Part shown: positions 22,745 to 36,200 of the stretch, piece after piece
Layout of the letters: each line of letters opens with the position of its first letter
Numbering within the stretch: the stretch's first letter is position 1
Assembly (NCBI RefSeq): GCF_038025025.1
Contig: NW_027117344.1
Coordinates: 2,108,001-2,172,000, forward strand
Source: Phyllosticta citribraziliensis
Taxonomy: Eukaryota
Direction: 5' to 3'
DNA length: 64,000 nucleotides
The notes under the pieces: generated by a model
What the model saw: the letters and a program-made list of their open reading frames with translations, nothing else
What the model was told of the DNA's origin: nothing
Databases searched by the model: none
Made by a program: the position numbers and the translations under genes

Positions 22745-25409
22745 CTATCCGCCAGCGTTGTTTTGCACCTCCTGCTTAGTTGCAGGCGCTGAGCCGTTAT
22801 GAATCGGCTTAAGTTGTGCATCTTCCTGCTTTGCCTCAGACGAAGCGTGACCCTTTGCTGATGCGTCCTCGCCATCAGGGCTGGCCTCCCCAGAGTTGTC
22901 CGTGGTTTTTCCATCTGCGTCTCCATCTGCAAACCACACTTTCTCGCCGCCTCGTTCCTTGTCTTGATCCTTTTCATCATCGACCCTTTCCGTCTTGACC
23001 CAGCTCTCCATCAAGCTTTGTGCTCCGTAGCCCATCTCCCCAAAGATGTCCCTTTTGCTCACCTCTTGCGTCCGCACGCCATACCCAATGCGATGCTCCA
23101 CGCGATCAAGAGCGACCTTGGCCTCGGATTGAATCAAGTTCTTGATGCCGCTCCTCATCTGGCCATTGACGCTGTGCAGGAGCTCCACCAACTTATCCAC
23201 TCCCGCATTGAATTCTTCTTCGGCACGAAGCGCCGCTTGACGGCGAGCCTTGGCCTCGGCATCGCGGAAAGTAAGTTTGCGGGGATTGGAAGCAAGTTCT
23301 TTGACAAAAGCGAAGTCGGAGAAGCCAGTTTCAAATGCGGCGTCGAGAATGTTCGCTGCCGCGGCGACGTTGGCGAAGTTGGTCGACGCGTTCATCCTAA
23401 AATTGGGATTGGTGTGGAGAATGGCGGCATATATCGATTCGAGAAAGCTCCGAGAAGTCAAGGGTGTGGTTAGAGAAGCGGTGCTGTTCTGGAGCAGGAA
23501 GCAGAGTGCAAGACGGCGGCGGAAACTGCACTCAAGTGGAGTATGGGCGGGGAGAGAGGAAAGTAGGTGGAATTGGAGGACCGGATAATCATGGAGACTG
23601 GTGTAAGTACGGCGGGCGATATCGTGGAACGAGGTCCTGAGCATGGCGAGAAAAGTGCCAACAGCCTCGCGGCTGAGGATTTGGAGTTCTCCATCGACCA
23701 CGACACAGTCGTCAAAGTTGACTCGCAGCAGAACTTCGAGACCATACTCCAAAGCTTCTGGACTGAGCCTGATGTCGAGTCAGTCTATGTAATTGTCCTT
23801 GGATGGCAAACAACTCACTGTGACGCTGATTGGCGTAGAAGTTGCAACAACCAGGCTAGCCCAGCAGGCGGTGCCGGTCTCGGTTCTTTCAGGGCAGTTA
23901 GCAACGACTCAACCTCAACCGCAATCCAATCACTGACCATTTTCTACTACTTCAGTTGGGACAATGTTGGGCAAAGAGACACCATCGCCGCGCGTTCCAA
24001 CGCTGGCTCCCATGCGACTGAATAGCTGCTGTATTCGATCTATATCGAGTAAACTGCGAATTTGTGGAGTGGAAGACTTGTTCACATTAGCAAGGCCTCG
24101 CACTTGTTATTGCAGACTTACCCCTAATATGCGCAGATAGGCAGATTTAAGCTCAGCTCTCGTGCCAAAACAGACTACTTGTTGTCAGTTCATGTACGAT
24201 GGAAGGGAATCTTGTCAGTACCTTCATCGACCATCCACGAGATGACCTCGTCTGGTAGAGCACCACGAGCGATCCCTATCTGCACGAGCCCGGATTGCAA
24301 AGCGTTTTCGCGAGCGGCGGTATCTGGAAAATGTCAGATGTTGAAGCTGCAGTCAAGTGCCGTTTCATCCTCACCCCTTAGGAGCGTTTGCCAACCGTGG
24401 GATGGCAGGCTTGCGGTAGGAAAAGGCCGCGATCTCTTAGTGGACCGACAGCTGGCAAAAAACCGCCAAACTTGAAAAGTCTCAAGTGCACCAGTTCGTT
24501 CCAAGGCCTCTCGTGCCTCTCTGGCTCGTTCCTCATCCCCTACAGCCTCCAGCAGATTATCCTCGGTGATTTCATCAAACACGTCGTCTTTCAAAAGCTC
24601 CTCGAGCTTGTCGGCAGCCTCCTCGGCTTCGCGGCTTTTTGCTTCTGCAGCCCGTTCTTTGCTCGCTTGCTTGGCCAGCGCCGCCAGTGAAATCTTGTAC
24701 TTGGTGGGCGTGGGTAGAATCTTTTCCAGCTTCTTTGGACGTTTCGCCTGAGACCTGAAATTGTAAATTCTTTTACGAGTGTCGCGAGGAGATGATGATG
24801 ACCTGGGCGGAGACGACTCGACAGGCGCAGATCGTTTCCTTGCAGCAAGAAGTACGCTCAAGTCTTCCAACGACGAGTCCGAGTCCTCCTCGCTATCTGA
24901 GGTCCTAACCATTTCCACGCCATCTTTGAATACGCGTCTCGAAGACGTGTTGGAAGTCTGGGATAAAGGCGGAAGCGAAGACAAAGACGAGGGCGCCATT
25001 TCAGGTAATGAGGAATTTGCCTCTGGATGTGATTGAACAGACGAGAGAGGATCCAGCGGTGGGTTGAGCAAAGTTGGGCGCGATGAGGGCAGGGATGCGA
25101 CGCGAGTTGCAGGGACCGAGGATTGCTGGGGAGAGGGAGGAGACGAGGCAGGCGCAGGATCGGAGGAGGGCAGGTGAGGCTTTGATGGTGTGTCGACTGC
25201 CGGCGTTGGATTCGGGGTGGGCAAGTGCGAGACGCGTGAAGACGGAGCAGACGAGGTGGTTGAATCTGAGGGGTGCGACGTTAGCCTGAGGACCAAAGCA
25301 CGCGTCGGACAAAGAGCAGACCAGAGGGGCGCTCAGTGGGATTCAAACGCGGCTGATTTGGTCGCTGGAAGGGCTTGAAAAAGTCGGCAATATTGCCATT
25401 GCGCTTCAT
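22745..25409 (-). CDS. Conserved hypothetical protein, possibly Nse6/SLF2 (CANIN-domain) Smc5/6 loader subunit; 7 exons
   Basis: ATG 25409 (MKRNGNIADFFKPF). Six short GT..AG introns with CTAAC/CTGAC branch sites splice into one continuous frame: S/P-rich region, SDSEEDSDSSLEDL, YKISLAALAKQ plus coiled coil, LPDEVISWMVDE, helical C-terminal domain. The gene model is well supported; the family call is from memory and tentative. Confidence 0.75.
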
Positions 25410-27052
25410 GTTGGCGTTGTTGGATGTTGCGGTGGAAAGATTGACGTCGTGCACCTTGGGTGGGCGGGAGGCGGCAGGGCAAACGCGAAAACACCAGAGC
25501 ACGTGTAAAGGTCTTGGCGGCCGTCGGGTCGGGGTCTACAGTAGATAGCTGTCACGGTGATGGATGGAGCTTTGGGTTCGAAATCCGGGGCTTGCGAGTA
25601 CGTCATGACGGTGCATCGGTTGCCAACACGACAGCTCATGCATGAAAGAGTGGGTGTCATTGGGCAGTGGTTCCTTGGTGGTGAGGGCCGGCGGTGATGC
25701 TGACGGTGCAGCGGCGCTCCGGGAGCCAAAAGCTCCGGCCAGGGCAGTGCCGCTCGCAGCCGGGCCGGTCGGGGCATCAGTCCGTCCGAAGGCGACGGGA
25801 TTGAACTGGAGAGAGAGGCCACCTCAGGATGGAAGTGATGACGAGCCCGTTTCGGCGAGTCGTTAGCAAAGCGATCGTCAGGGCAGCACGACGCGAAGAG
25901 CGAGCCGAGGGTCGAGCGAAATTAGCCAGGCCAAGAGGCTGCAAAGGTGAGAAGCAGCAGAGACGTCAGTTGTGCTTGGCCCGCGGCCGAGGGCGGATGC
26001 GGCCGTGGGACCGGCGCCCGGCACCTCAGAGTTTTAGTGTCGCCTGCCGGTCGCGGTTGGTAAGCTGAGAGCTATTTTGATTTCGTGACGCTGCTGAGGC
26101 TTGGATGGCGGGAGCAGCCCCCAACCCCAGCTGTGCCTGTGCCTGTGCCTGTGCCCCTTTCACCCGTGGGTGGGAGTCAACTGGAACCTGAGGGATGATC
26201 GCCAGGTGAATCTGGAGGAAACAGCGTGATTGACGGCTAGCACCACAACCTGACACGGCAGGACCCACTGCAGCCAGGCTGAACCGAACATGAATCTACA
26301 CACTGAAGGGAAGGACATGCTGCGACAGCGACCGGGACCCAAGGGAGACGTCACGTATGTAATTGGCATCCCTGAGGCTCAAAAAGTCGCCAAAACTCCA
26401 CGTAGCTTCGCCCGCGGCGCAGCAAGGAGCTGCCTGGTTTCAAGGCCGGCGGGAAGCAAAAAAGTAATAAAGCGCGTACAAAACACAAAGGGCCCGGCCT
26501 GCAAGCCCGCTGCTTATGTGTGCAGGCCAAGGGCCGGAGTTCGGCATCATCGTGAGGGAGAGCGCTGCGTCAAGTTCCGTCCCGGCCTGTCCGACGACAA
26601 GTACTGCACAAGCCCGCCTCTCTCACCTACAACCTGTCACTCCGCTTGCACTTGCGCCGTTGCGCTTGACGTCGTCGTTGCCAATCCCCATTCACCCAGT
26701 CCCGCCCAAGACGCGTCCACTCCAGTCCCTCCGACCTTGCACCGCCCGCCCTCGAGAGACATTCCTCGCACTGCTGACACCAACCGCTGGCCTTAATTCC
26801 CGCCTAATCCACTTCCGCCGCCGCCGCGCGCGCCTCCATAACTCCTCGACACGCAACCTTCGCACCATCGCCGTTCGCTACATCTCCCCTCCCCCTCTTC
26901 TGAACCCCCCGGTTCGCTCCCTGATTCCGAGCGCTACGCTGCACCTCGCCGCTCGCCAGTTTGCGCACCGAACCACCTCCTCCGGCTGAGGCCGGCTGAT
27001 CGCCCAGCTCCTCGTCATCCGGACCCGCTCGCTCGGCCTCGCAGCAACAACA

Positions 27053-30000
27053 ATGGCCGTCCACCACGTCCAAAAGGACAGCGAGGTCTCCAATCCCGTC
27101 AAGCGAATACGTTGGGCGACAAACCGTGTGCCAGGCGCCGAGGGTGACAAGAAGCGCCAATCCGTCCTGGGTCGCTTGCAAAAGCGCCTCAGTCTTTCCC
27201 ACCACAACGAGAAGAGAGAGGACCCGGAAGATGGCGACGACGCTTCGAAGGAGCATGGCCGCCCACCGAGTGAAGAAAACACCACCGACTCGTCCCGCAG
27301 CGAAGATGGTGAGCCAGGGAGGACCGTCTACTTCAACATCCCATTGCCCCCGGAAGCCAGGGACGATGAAGGCCACGCCAAAGTCACCTACGTGCGCAAC
27401 AAGATCCGCACCGCCAAATACACTCCACTCTCCTTCATACCCAAAAACCTCTATTTCCAATTCCACAACATCGCCAACGTCTACTTTGCCTTCATTATTA
27501 TTCTCGGCGTAAGTTAGCCCGTCCTCACCGCTGGCCTGCTTACGCGGCTGCTGACTGCGTGCAACTCTAGGCCTTTTCCATCTTCGGCGCATCCAATCCC
27601 GCCTTGAACGCTGTTCCTCTAATCGTAATTCTCGTCGTGACCGCCGTAAAGGACGGGATTGAGGACTGGAGAAGAACGGTCCTTGACAACGAGCTCAACA
27701 ACGCTCCGGTGCACAGGCTCGTCGATTTCGACAACGTCAACACGGCCGAGGACCACATTTCGGCATGGCGCAGATTCAAAAAGGCCAACACCCGCGCCGT
27801 CACCTATTTGTGGAAGATGTGGAAGCAGCGAAAAGAGAAGAAAGAAGACAAGGGCAAGAACTACGCCGAACGGGCCATGGACGAACGGCCTTCGCTGGAT
27901 ACCAAGCGCGCGTCGTTCATGTCTAACCGCAACTCCTACGTGGCCCGCGATGCAGGCGACGTTATCCCAATGGAGCCTGTCCACGGCGTACACGACTCGA
28001 CCGACGTAGATGCCTTCACTCACGAAGCAATCAAGCCCGGTCCCTCTGGAGAAAAAGCCGCATATGAGGCGCCGCAAAGGTTCTATGGCAGCGTGTTGAA
28101 TCCCTTTAGACAGGGGCCCGGGAAAGCAAGATTCAAAAAAGACAGTTGGAAAAACGTTCAAGTCGGAGACTTTGTCCGCCTGTACAACGAGGAACCGATC
28201 CCTGCAGATATTGTTGTCCTTGCAACATCCGACCCTGACGGAGCATGCTACGTCGAGACCAAGAACTTGGATGGTGAGACCAATCTAAAGGTCCGACAGG
28301 CGCTACACGCTGGCCGCAAGGTGGTTCACGCGCGGCACTGCGAGAAGGTCGAGTTTGCCATTGAAAGCGAACCTCCTCACGCCAACCTGTACGCCTACTC
28401 TGGAGTCCTCCGCTGGAGACAACGCGACCCACAAGATCCAAACGACCCTGGAGCCCAAATGGCTGAGCCAGTGAGCATCAACAACATGCTCCTTAGAGGT
28501 TGCAGCTTGCGAAACACGGAGTGGGTCCTCGGAGTGGTCATGTTCACCGGAGAAGAGTCCAAAATCATGCTCAACTCCGGCATCACGCCTAGCAAGCGCG
28601 CCAAGATTTCCAAGGATCTCAACTGGAACGTCATTTACAATTTTATAATCCTCTTCTTCATGTGTCTTGTTTCCGGAATAGTCCAGGGAGTGACCTGGGC
28701 CGAAGGAGGAAACTCGTTGGACTTCTTCGAATACGGCTCCTACGGTGGTTCTCCGCCGCTCGACGGCTTCATCACGTTTTGGGCAGCCGTCATTTTGTTC
28801 CAGAACTTGGTACCCATTTCGCTCTACATTACATTGGAAATCATCCGGACTGCCCAGGCTATTTTCATCTACAACGACGTCGGCATGTACTACGAGAAGC
28901 TCGACTACCCGTGTACGCCCAAATCCTGGAACATTTCCGACGACGTCGGCCAAATCGAATACATCTTTTCGGACAAAACTGGCACCCTAACCCAAAACGT
29001 CATGGAATTCAAGAAATGCACCGTCAACGGCGTTCCCTATGGCGAAGCGTATACAGAAGCCCAAGCTGGTCTGCAACGGAGACAAGGAATTAACGTTGAG
29101 CAAGAAGGTGCTCGGGCACGTGCGCAGATTGAACAGGACCGGGCGAGAATGTTGGGTATGCTCCGCGCGCAACACGACAACCCCTATCTGCGCGACGACG
29201 AGGTGACATTTGTCGCACCCGATTTCGTCGCCGACGTTGGCGGGGAGGCCGGTGAGGAGCAGAAACGAGCTAATGAGCAGTTCATGCTGGCCTTGGCCCT
29301 CTGCCACACTGTCATCACCGAGAGAACTCCGGGAAACCCCCCAAAGATCGAATTCAAGGCGCAGTCCCCTGACGAAGCTGCCCTCGTTGCAACCGCTCGC
29401 GATGTTGGCTTTACGGTATTGGGCCGTGAGGACGACAGGCTCATTGTCAACATCATGGGCGAGGAACGCCGCTACCAAACCCTCAATACGCTCGAGTTCA
29501 ACTCTTCGCGCAAGCGCATGAGCGCCATTATGCGTATGCCTGACGGCAAGATCATGTTGTTTTGCAAGGGAGCCGACAGCATCATTTACTCTAGACTCAG
29601 GAAGGGTGGGCAACAACAGCTGCGCAAATCCACCGCCGAACATCTTGAAATGTTTGCTCGCGAGGGTCTACGCACTCTTTGCATCGCGCAAAAGGAAATT
29701 TCCGAGGAAGAATACCAGGAATGGAGCAAGCGCCACGACATTGCCGCCTCTGCCGTCGCAGACCGTGACGAAAAGCTTGAAGAGGTTTCTGATTCCATCG
29801 AACGTGACCTCTGGCTCTTGGGAGGCACTGCCATTGAAGACCGTCTGCAAGAGGGTGTTCCGGACGCCATTGCTTTGCTCGGAAGGGCTGGTATCAAGCT
29901 CTGGGTCTTGACTGGTGACAAGGTTGAGACAGCCATCAACATCGGATTTTCCTGCAACCTTTTGGACAACGACATGGACCTTATCGTGCTCAAGATTGAC

Positions 30001-31703
30001 GATGAGAACATGGAAGTCGCCGAAAGGGAGCTCGACAAACACCTTGCTACCTTTGGCATGACCGGCTCAGATGAAGAACTCAAGGCCGCACAAACCAACC
30101 ACGAGCCTCCGGACCCAACTCACGCCATCATCATCGATGGAGATTCCTTGAAGCTGGTGCTTGACGAGTCGCTGAAGCAAAAGTTTTTGCTTCTTTGCAA
30201 GCAGTGTCGATCCGTCCTCTGCTGTCGTGTAAGCCCAAGTCAGAAGGCCGCGGTAGTCGAAATGGTCAAGAACGGCCTGGATTGTCTCACCCTCTCCATT
30301 GGTGACGGTGCCAATGACGTGGCCATGATCCAAGAGGCCCACGTCGGTGTCGGTATCGCTGGTGAGGAAGGTCGTCAGGCTGTCATGTCTTCGGATTTCG
30401 CCATCGGACAATTTCGTTTCCTTACTCGATTGGTCCTCGTCCACGGTCGTTGGTCCTATCGTCGCCTGGCGGAAACGATCGCCAATTTCTTCTACAAGAA
30501 CCTCGTGTGGACGTTTGCTCTCTTCTGGTACCAGATTTACGACAACTTCGACTGCGCCTACATCTTCGACTACACTTACATCATCATGTACAACTTGGCC
30601 TTCACCTCGTTGCCCGTCATTTTGATGGGTGTGCTCGATCAAGATGTTGACGACAAGGTCTCCCTGGCAGTTCCGCAGTTGTATCGGAGAGGTATCGAGC
30701 GACTAGAGTGGACACAAACAAAGTTTTGGTAAGTGAACTTGCTCCGACGAAATGCATTCGGCTAACCGTGATCAGGGGCTACATGATCGACGGTCTCTAC
30801 CAATCTCTCATGGTGTTCTTCATGGTTTACATGATGTTTGCGCCAGCCACCTTCAACTCCTCGAACGGTTTGGATGTTGCCGACACCAAACGCATGGGTA
30901 TCTATATTGCCACCACTGCAGTCATTGTCGTCAACATCTACATGCTGATGAACACTTATCGTTGGGACTGGCTTATGCTACTGATTGTGGCCATCAGTAT
31001 CCTTCTAATCTGGACCTGGACGGGCATCTACACCTCGTTCACGGCCGGATTCACTTTTTACAAGGCGGCAGCTCAAACATATGGCCAGCTGAGTTTTTGG
31101 GCGGCAATCTTCGTGATTACTGTCATGTGTCTCCTGCCCAGATTCGTGGTCAAGTCGATACAAAAGATTTACTACCCTCTGGACGTTGACATCATCCGGG
31201 AGCAGGTTGTCCAGGGTAAATTTGATTATCTGAAAGACACGGACACCTTCATCCCACCGCCACCTCCAGCTGAGCCAGAGAAGGTAAATTCTCTGTCCTC
31301 GTCTGACGTTTCAAAACTCGGGAAACCAGAGCGTAACGTCACGTCTAGCTTTCATGGTGCCGACGACGAGCGGCCAATATATCCGCCCTCGGTCGCCCCC
31401 ACCGCGACGACGCACAACCCGCGGAGTCAGAACGGGAGCGACAGCACCAACTACACGGGCCCGAGATACTCGTGGCCTGATAACACGCTCCCTGTCTATA
31501 ACCACCGAGACAGCAGCAGGACGTCCATGGAACGGACGCGCCCGTCGTTTGATCGCGCACGGCAATCGATGGATCGACTGCGCACGAGCTTCGAGGCGAG
31601 CCAGGACTTTACGTCGGCGGCACGTCTATCTAGGCTGGAAAGCAGTCAATCCTTCTACGACTGTCCAGAGGCCGACGAAAGCGAGATTGGGGTGGCGCGG
31701 TAA
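27053..31703 (+). CDS. DNF1: P4-type ATPase phospholipid flippase (Dnf1/Dnf2 clade); 3 exons
   Basis: [36 protein letters not shown], phosphorylation site [38 protein letters not shown] and [14 protein letters not shown]. Introns 27509-27570 and 30729-30775. Confidence 0.95.
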
Positions 31704-33240
31704 TGCGACTGCCCGCTGTCCAAAAGCGCCGTACATAATGCCAGCATGATTTTTTCTCCAGCATGTCGAACGTTGAAGAATTTTGTTTCTTGTTTTCCAA
31801 AGACACACTCATGGAACGGAGTTTCTTTTCTCTACGGACTTTCTTTTTGGTTTGGGTCTGCTTTTTTTCTTTTTGCGCTTTGTCTTTGAGATCCGCTCAA
31901 GAGACAAATACCATGTAGAGCACGGCGTTGAAGCGTATACCAGGGTTTGATGGGCCTCGACTTGGGCTTCTCGATACTTTGTTTCCCCTCTTCTTATTGA
32001 GGACCTCAATTGTTGGCGGTATGCTGCGCCATCAAACTCGGTTTTCCAAGTTCCTTTGTACTCTTATCTCCATGGGCGCACTCCCTCTGTCCATCTACCT
32101 TGTCCTGACCGACCTCCTTGCAGTCTCTTGGGCTCCACATGGCTCCATCATTTTTCCCTGTCTTTATAGTCGCTATGGTCAAGTAGGTAGTTTGGCGCCT
32201 GCTCCTGTGACGGTCGATTGCATAGACGGCGCAAAAGTGCAATGTCATCTTTGTTTGACCGTCATGAGTCTCGGCTGCCATTGTTCTAGCTGAAGAGCAT
32301 CTCAGCAGGTAGAGTTGAGTTTGGAAGAAGGCATCAACTGATGACTTGGCTTGGATGATTGTTTGAAATGTGCCACCGTGGTGATCCTGGAAATGTACTG
32401 CAATTTGACCATTGTTGGAAAATGGCATCATCTGGTCGACAAGTATAGACGGGGGTCAGTAAGCATGGCCTGGCGCGCCACGGACAACTCACGCCAGCAG
32501 CAACATCACCGGCTGTTGACACATTGTTCCAAGTCAAGGGTAAAGGTGTTGGTGGACCCTGGAAAGGAAACCTGAAGTGAGGACCGTGCAGATTACGTGA
32601 ATTCCGGAAGAGGCCCGAGCGTCCTGATCGGAGCTTCCGTTCCTTGGCGCGCCTGCGACGCGAAACTCCGCGATTCCGGGCGCGCATTTCGACAGGGTTG
32701 CCTCGGCCGCAGTACACACACTTCACATCCTCCGTACTCTTCCTCTCTTGCTAACACCCGCCACGCTGTGCTGTTGTTGCACACCTCTCAGCAAAGCAAA
32801 GTCCTGCTGCATGCAGGCACTCCCTTCATGTCAGCTTGATCAAACCTCTCGCCAGCAAATCCTGCGACCGCCGACAACGCCCGCATCGATCGCTTGCACT
32901 CCCCCAAGATCTACCTTCAATCCGCAACTTTACACGGCCACAACCTTGCTCAACCACTCCAAGGCACTATTGCCTCTGTGGCTTACAACCGACTCCGAGT
33001 GCTTCAAGTCCTTCTTGTGCGCGGAAAACCCGACCCTTTGCTGCAAGGACTTGCAGCACTGGGTCCGTCAGCCAAAGCCCGGTGCTGCTCCCCGAACACT
33101 CGTTTAGACCTAGCTGTAGCCCAGGCGATGATGATATAATCGGTCTCTGTTGCCCCTTGACGACAATAAGCGCCGTTTGCCCACGCTCCTACTCAAACAC
33201 CCAAGCGTCACCAGCTGCTTTGGCGCGATAGAGCATCGCA

Positions 33241-36200
33241 ATGGGCGAGGTTCTCGTGGGTAAGCTCAGGTACGTTGGGGAATGATACTGATTTGATGCC
33301 CATCCTCTTTGGACTTCACTGATACAAGGACTGTACTAGAGAGCTGCAAGACCTTCCTGAAGATGAACATCTCTTTTGCCCGCGCAGACCCGATGACTCG
33401 GACGGCTATTACTATGACGAAGACGTTTACTTTTTCCTCGACTCCGAGACTGAAGAGGCGAGGAAGGATCGGCTGGCCAAGATTGAGCAAGCAAAGGCCA
33501 AGAAGAACCTTGTCCTTGACTGTTTGCCAATTTTTGCCTTCAATGGCCCTGACGCCGCACCGTACCAAACGTGGCTCAAGGACCGTCTGAAGCACAACTT
33601 GTCAGCCTGCGACGTTTGCATCAGGATCTACCACAATTCAAGAGGCGAATTGAAACACAAACTCGAGGAAGAGTATGATTCCGAAGAGGTTGAGAGTTTT
33701 ATGGAAACATTTGACTCGATCAACGTGGAACGCATCACCGCCGAGTTGGACAGAGCTGCTGAGAGACTGAGATCTACACCCCAGGAGAAACGTGGTATCG
33801 GGGTGCTGGATCAAGATGGTCAACTCGCCCTTTTCGAATCACTCAGCTGCGATGCGATGCTCAAGAATGAGACGCTTATGCGGGACCACTTTGATGAGCC
33901 TTTTGCCCTGGTCCAAACCAAAAAGCGACTGAGGCTGGGCGTCTACACAACTGCCATGACTCGCTTTCTCTTCAGCACATCCAACGAGCGCTTTGTGTGG
34001 GCGAGCGTCTCTTGGAAGAACTTCAAACGGCCGCCAACGAAGCAAGAGTTTGCGGCCGTCGTGCATGCACCGCTATTTGACGCTTTGAAGCGCGTTCAGC
34101 TTTCATGCTTGGACAAAGACTTTCTTCCGTCCTTCTGGCAAGGTGCTAGGATCATCGTGAACAAGTTGGACAAGGACTTGATCACGCACTCGCTGCGTGC
34201 CATTGACATTGACATTTGCAAGTTGACGCTGGAACACTTCCAGTTTAATTTTTCCGGCTTCAACGATCTGATTTCGACTGTGCAGCTGATTCTGGAAAAG
34301 TCGCCCGTTGACTTTTGGGACGCCATGGGTGCCATCTCACCAGTCACAGTCATTGAGCAAATCCTGAACAACCCCACCTTGGAACAGATTCTGCTTCGTG
34401 CCGGAAAGCAAGATGCATCGGGATCACATCCACTGGATGAGATCTTCGGCTGGGTTAAGCCATTCTTCGCCTCCATCAAGCCCTCCAATCAGACGCCTGC
34501 TTGTCGCTCCCTGGTGCATCAGCTCCTGACCAGATTTCAGCTGGACAAGTATTCCAATGCATCGAGGACATACTGCTACGAGCTTGGGCTGCGAGTGCTT
34601 CTGCAGGCCTTGCAAAGGCTCAACGAAGGTAACACTCGTTCAACCTTTGTTGGGCATGCAACGGTTCTGGACATGATGGACTTTATCAAGATGCACATGG
34701 AAGACATACTCGCCACTATCCGAGTGTCTGCGAGCCTACAGAAACCACAGCTTGTAAAGCTCGGTACAGGCGTTATTCAATACACCTTGTCACTCGACTG
34801 CCTTTCGTTGGACGTGGATCGGGAGATTCTGTTTCGGGACGAACAGCTCCATCATGTCCTGGATCCCGAAATTTCTTCCATCTGGGACCAGGTCGTCAAA
34901 GCTATCAATCCGGGGGACATTGATCTGTCAACAGCAGCTTTGATGGGCGCCAGTCAACTCGTCGGCATGGAGATTTTCTTCACCAAAGCCGGTACACCAG
35001 TGTCCAAGGGCAAGAATTGGTGGAACAACGCCTTTTACAGCATATCAAGGGCCGTCACGAACATTCTTGAGCGTGTTTCAGAATTCAACCCTGAAGATCT
35101 GGATAAGCTCTTTGATGATGGCGACACGGCTCGTTCGGTCATTGTGCACCTTTTCTCCTCCGAAGCAGAACCTCGTCAAGCATCCATTGAGATTCTCAAA
35201 GTGGTCAGCTGTAAAAGCGACCGCAGAGATGCTTTGTCTCACTTGATCACTGCCTTCTTTCACAATTCCTTAAAGGCCATCGAGTCGTCTCTTAGGAGAA
35301 TCTCCACGAGAAACGTCTTTGCTCCAATGCCTAGCTCTCTTAAGCTGTGCACCGACCTGATTGACACGCTCTGCAGCCCAGAAGACGGTTTCCTCCGCAC
35401 CAAGGACTTGGACGCCCCGCAAAAGGAAGCTGCGGAGCGTGTCTGGTTCGCCATGTGGACTGTCCTCATCACAATCTTCAAGAACACTGAGAACTGGAGC
35501 TTCAGGGGCTATGAGAAAGAGAAGATGATGAACTTTTGCCGAGATACAATGGATTTCGTCGACGTGTTGTACGAGCAGTACCTCCATTTCGCTGCCGCTC
35601 TCAATCAGGGCCAAGACCGGAACGGACAGTCGGCGCAAAACAACTTGAGAAAGTTGCTAAAGCTCCCGCAGATCACCATGGACCACATGATCCAGTTCTT
35701 GCGTCTCCGCGATGAGTACCTCATTACCAAAGCGGTGGCTTTGACATGCAAAATGCTCGGTCAATTGCGAGATGTCGAAATCGACATCACCAGAAATGCT
35801 AAACTCTTCATCATGGAGATCATTGAAGGTGCCATTCGGACTAAGCTCAGCCCTCAGCAGCAAGCTCAGCTTGAGCGAGCTCTCGAGGCACACACGGGCG
35901 AATCGTTGAAAAGGGAGGACAAGATCTCTTCGAAAGCAAAACAAGGCACGTTGGCATCATGGGCCAAGAGCGGCCCTTCCAAGTCTGCTACGCCGGGCAG
36001 CTCGGAGGCCGAAGACTCAGAAAGCGCTCTCAAGAGACAGCTATCCGAAAACACTCAGGCGGCGCAAGCATGGAAAGCTGCACAGGATGCCAGACATCGC
36101 CAGACGTCATTCCCGCCCAAGAAGAAGGCACAGCCTGCGCCTCAGCCGATGAAGCCGGATAGGAGTGAATTCATGAGACAACGTGAGCTTGAAAAAGAGG

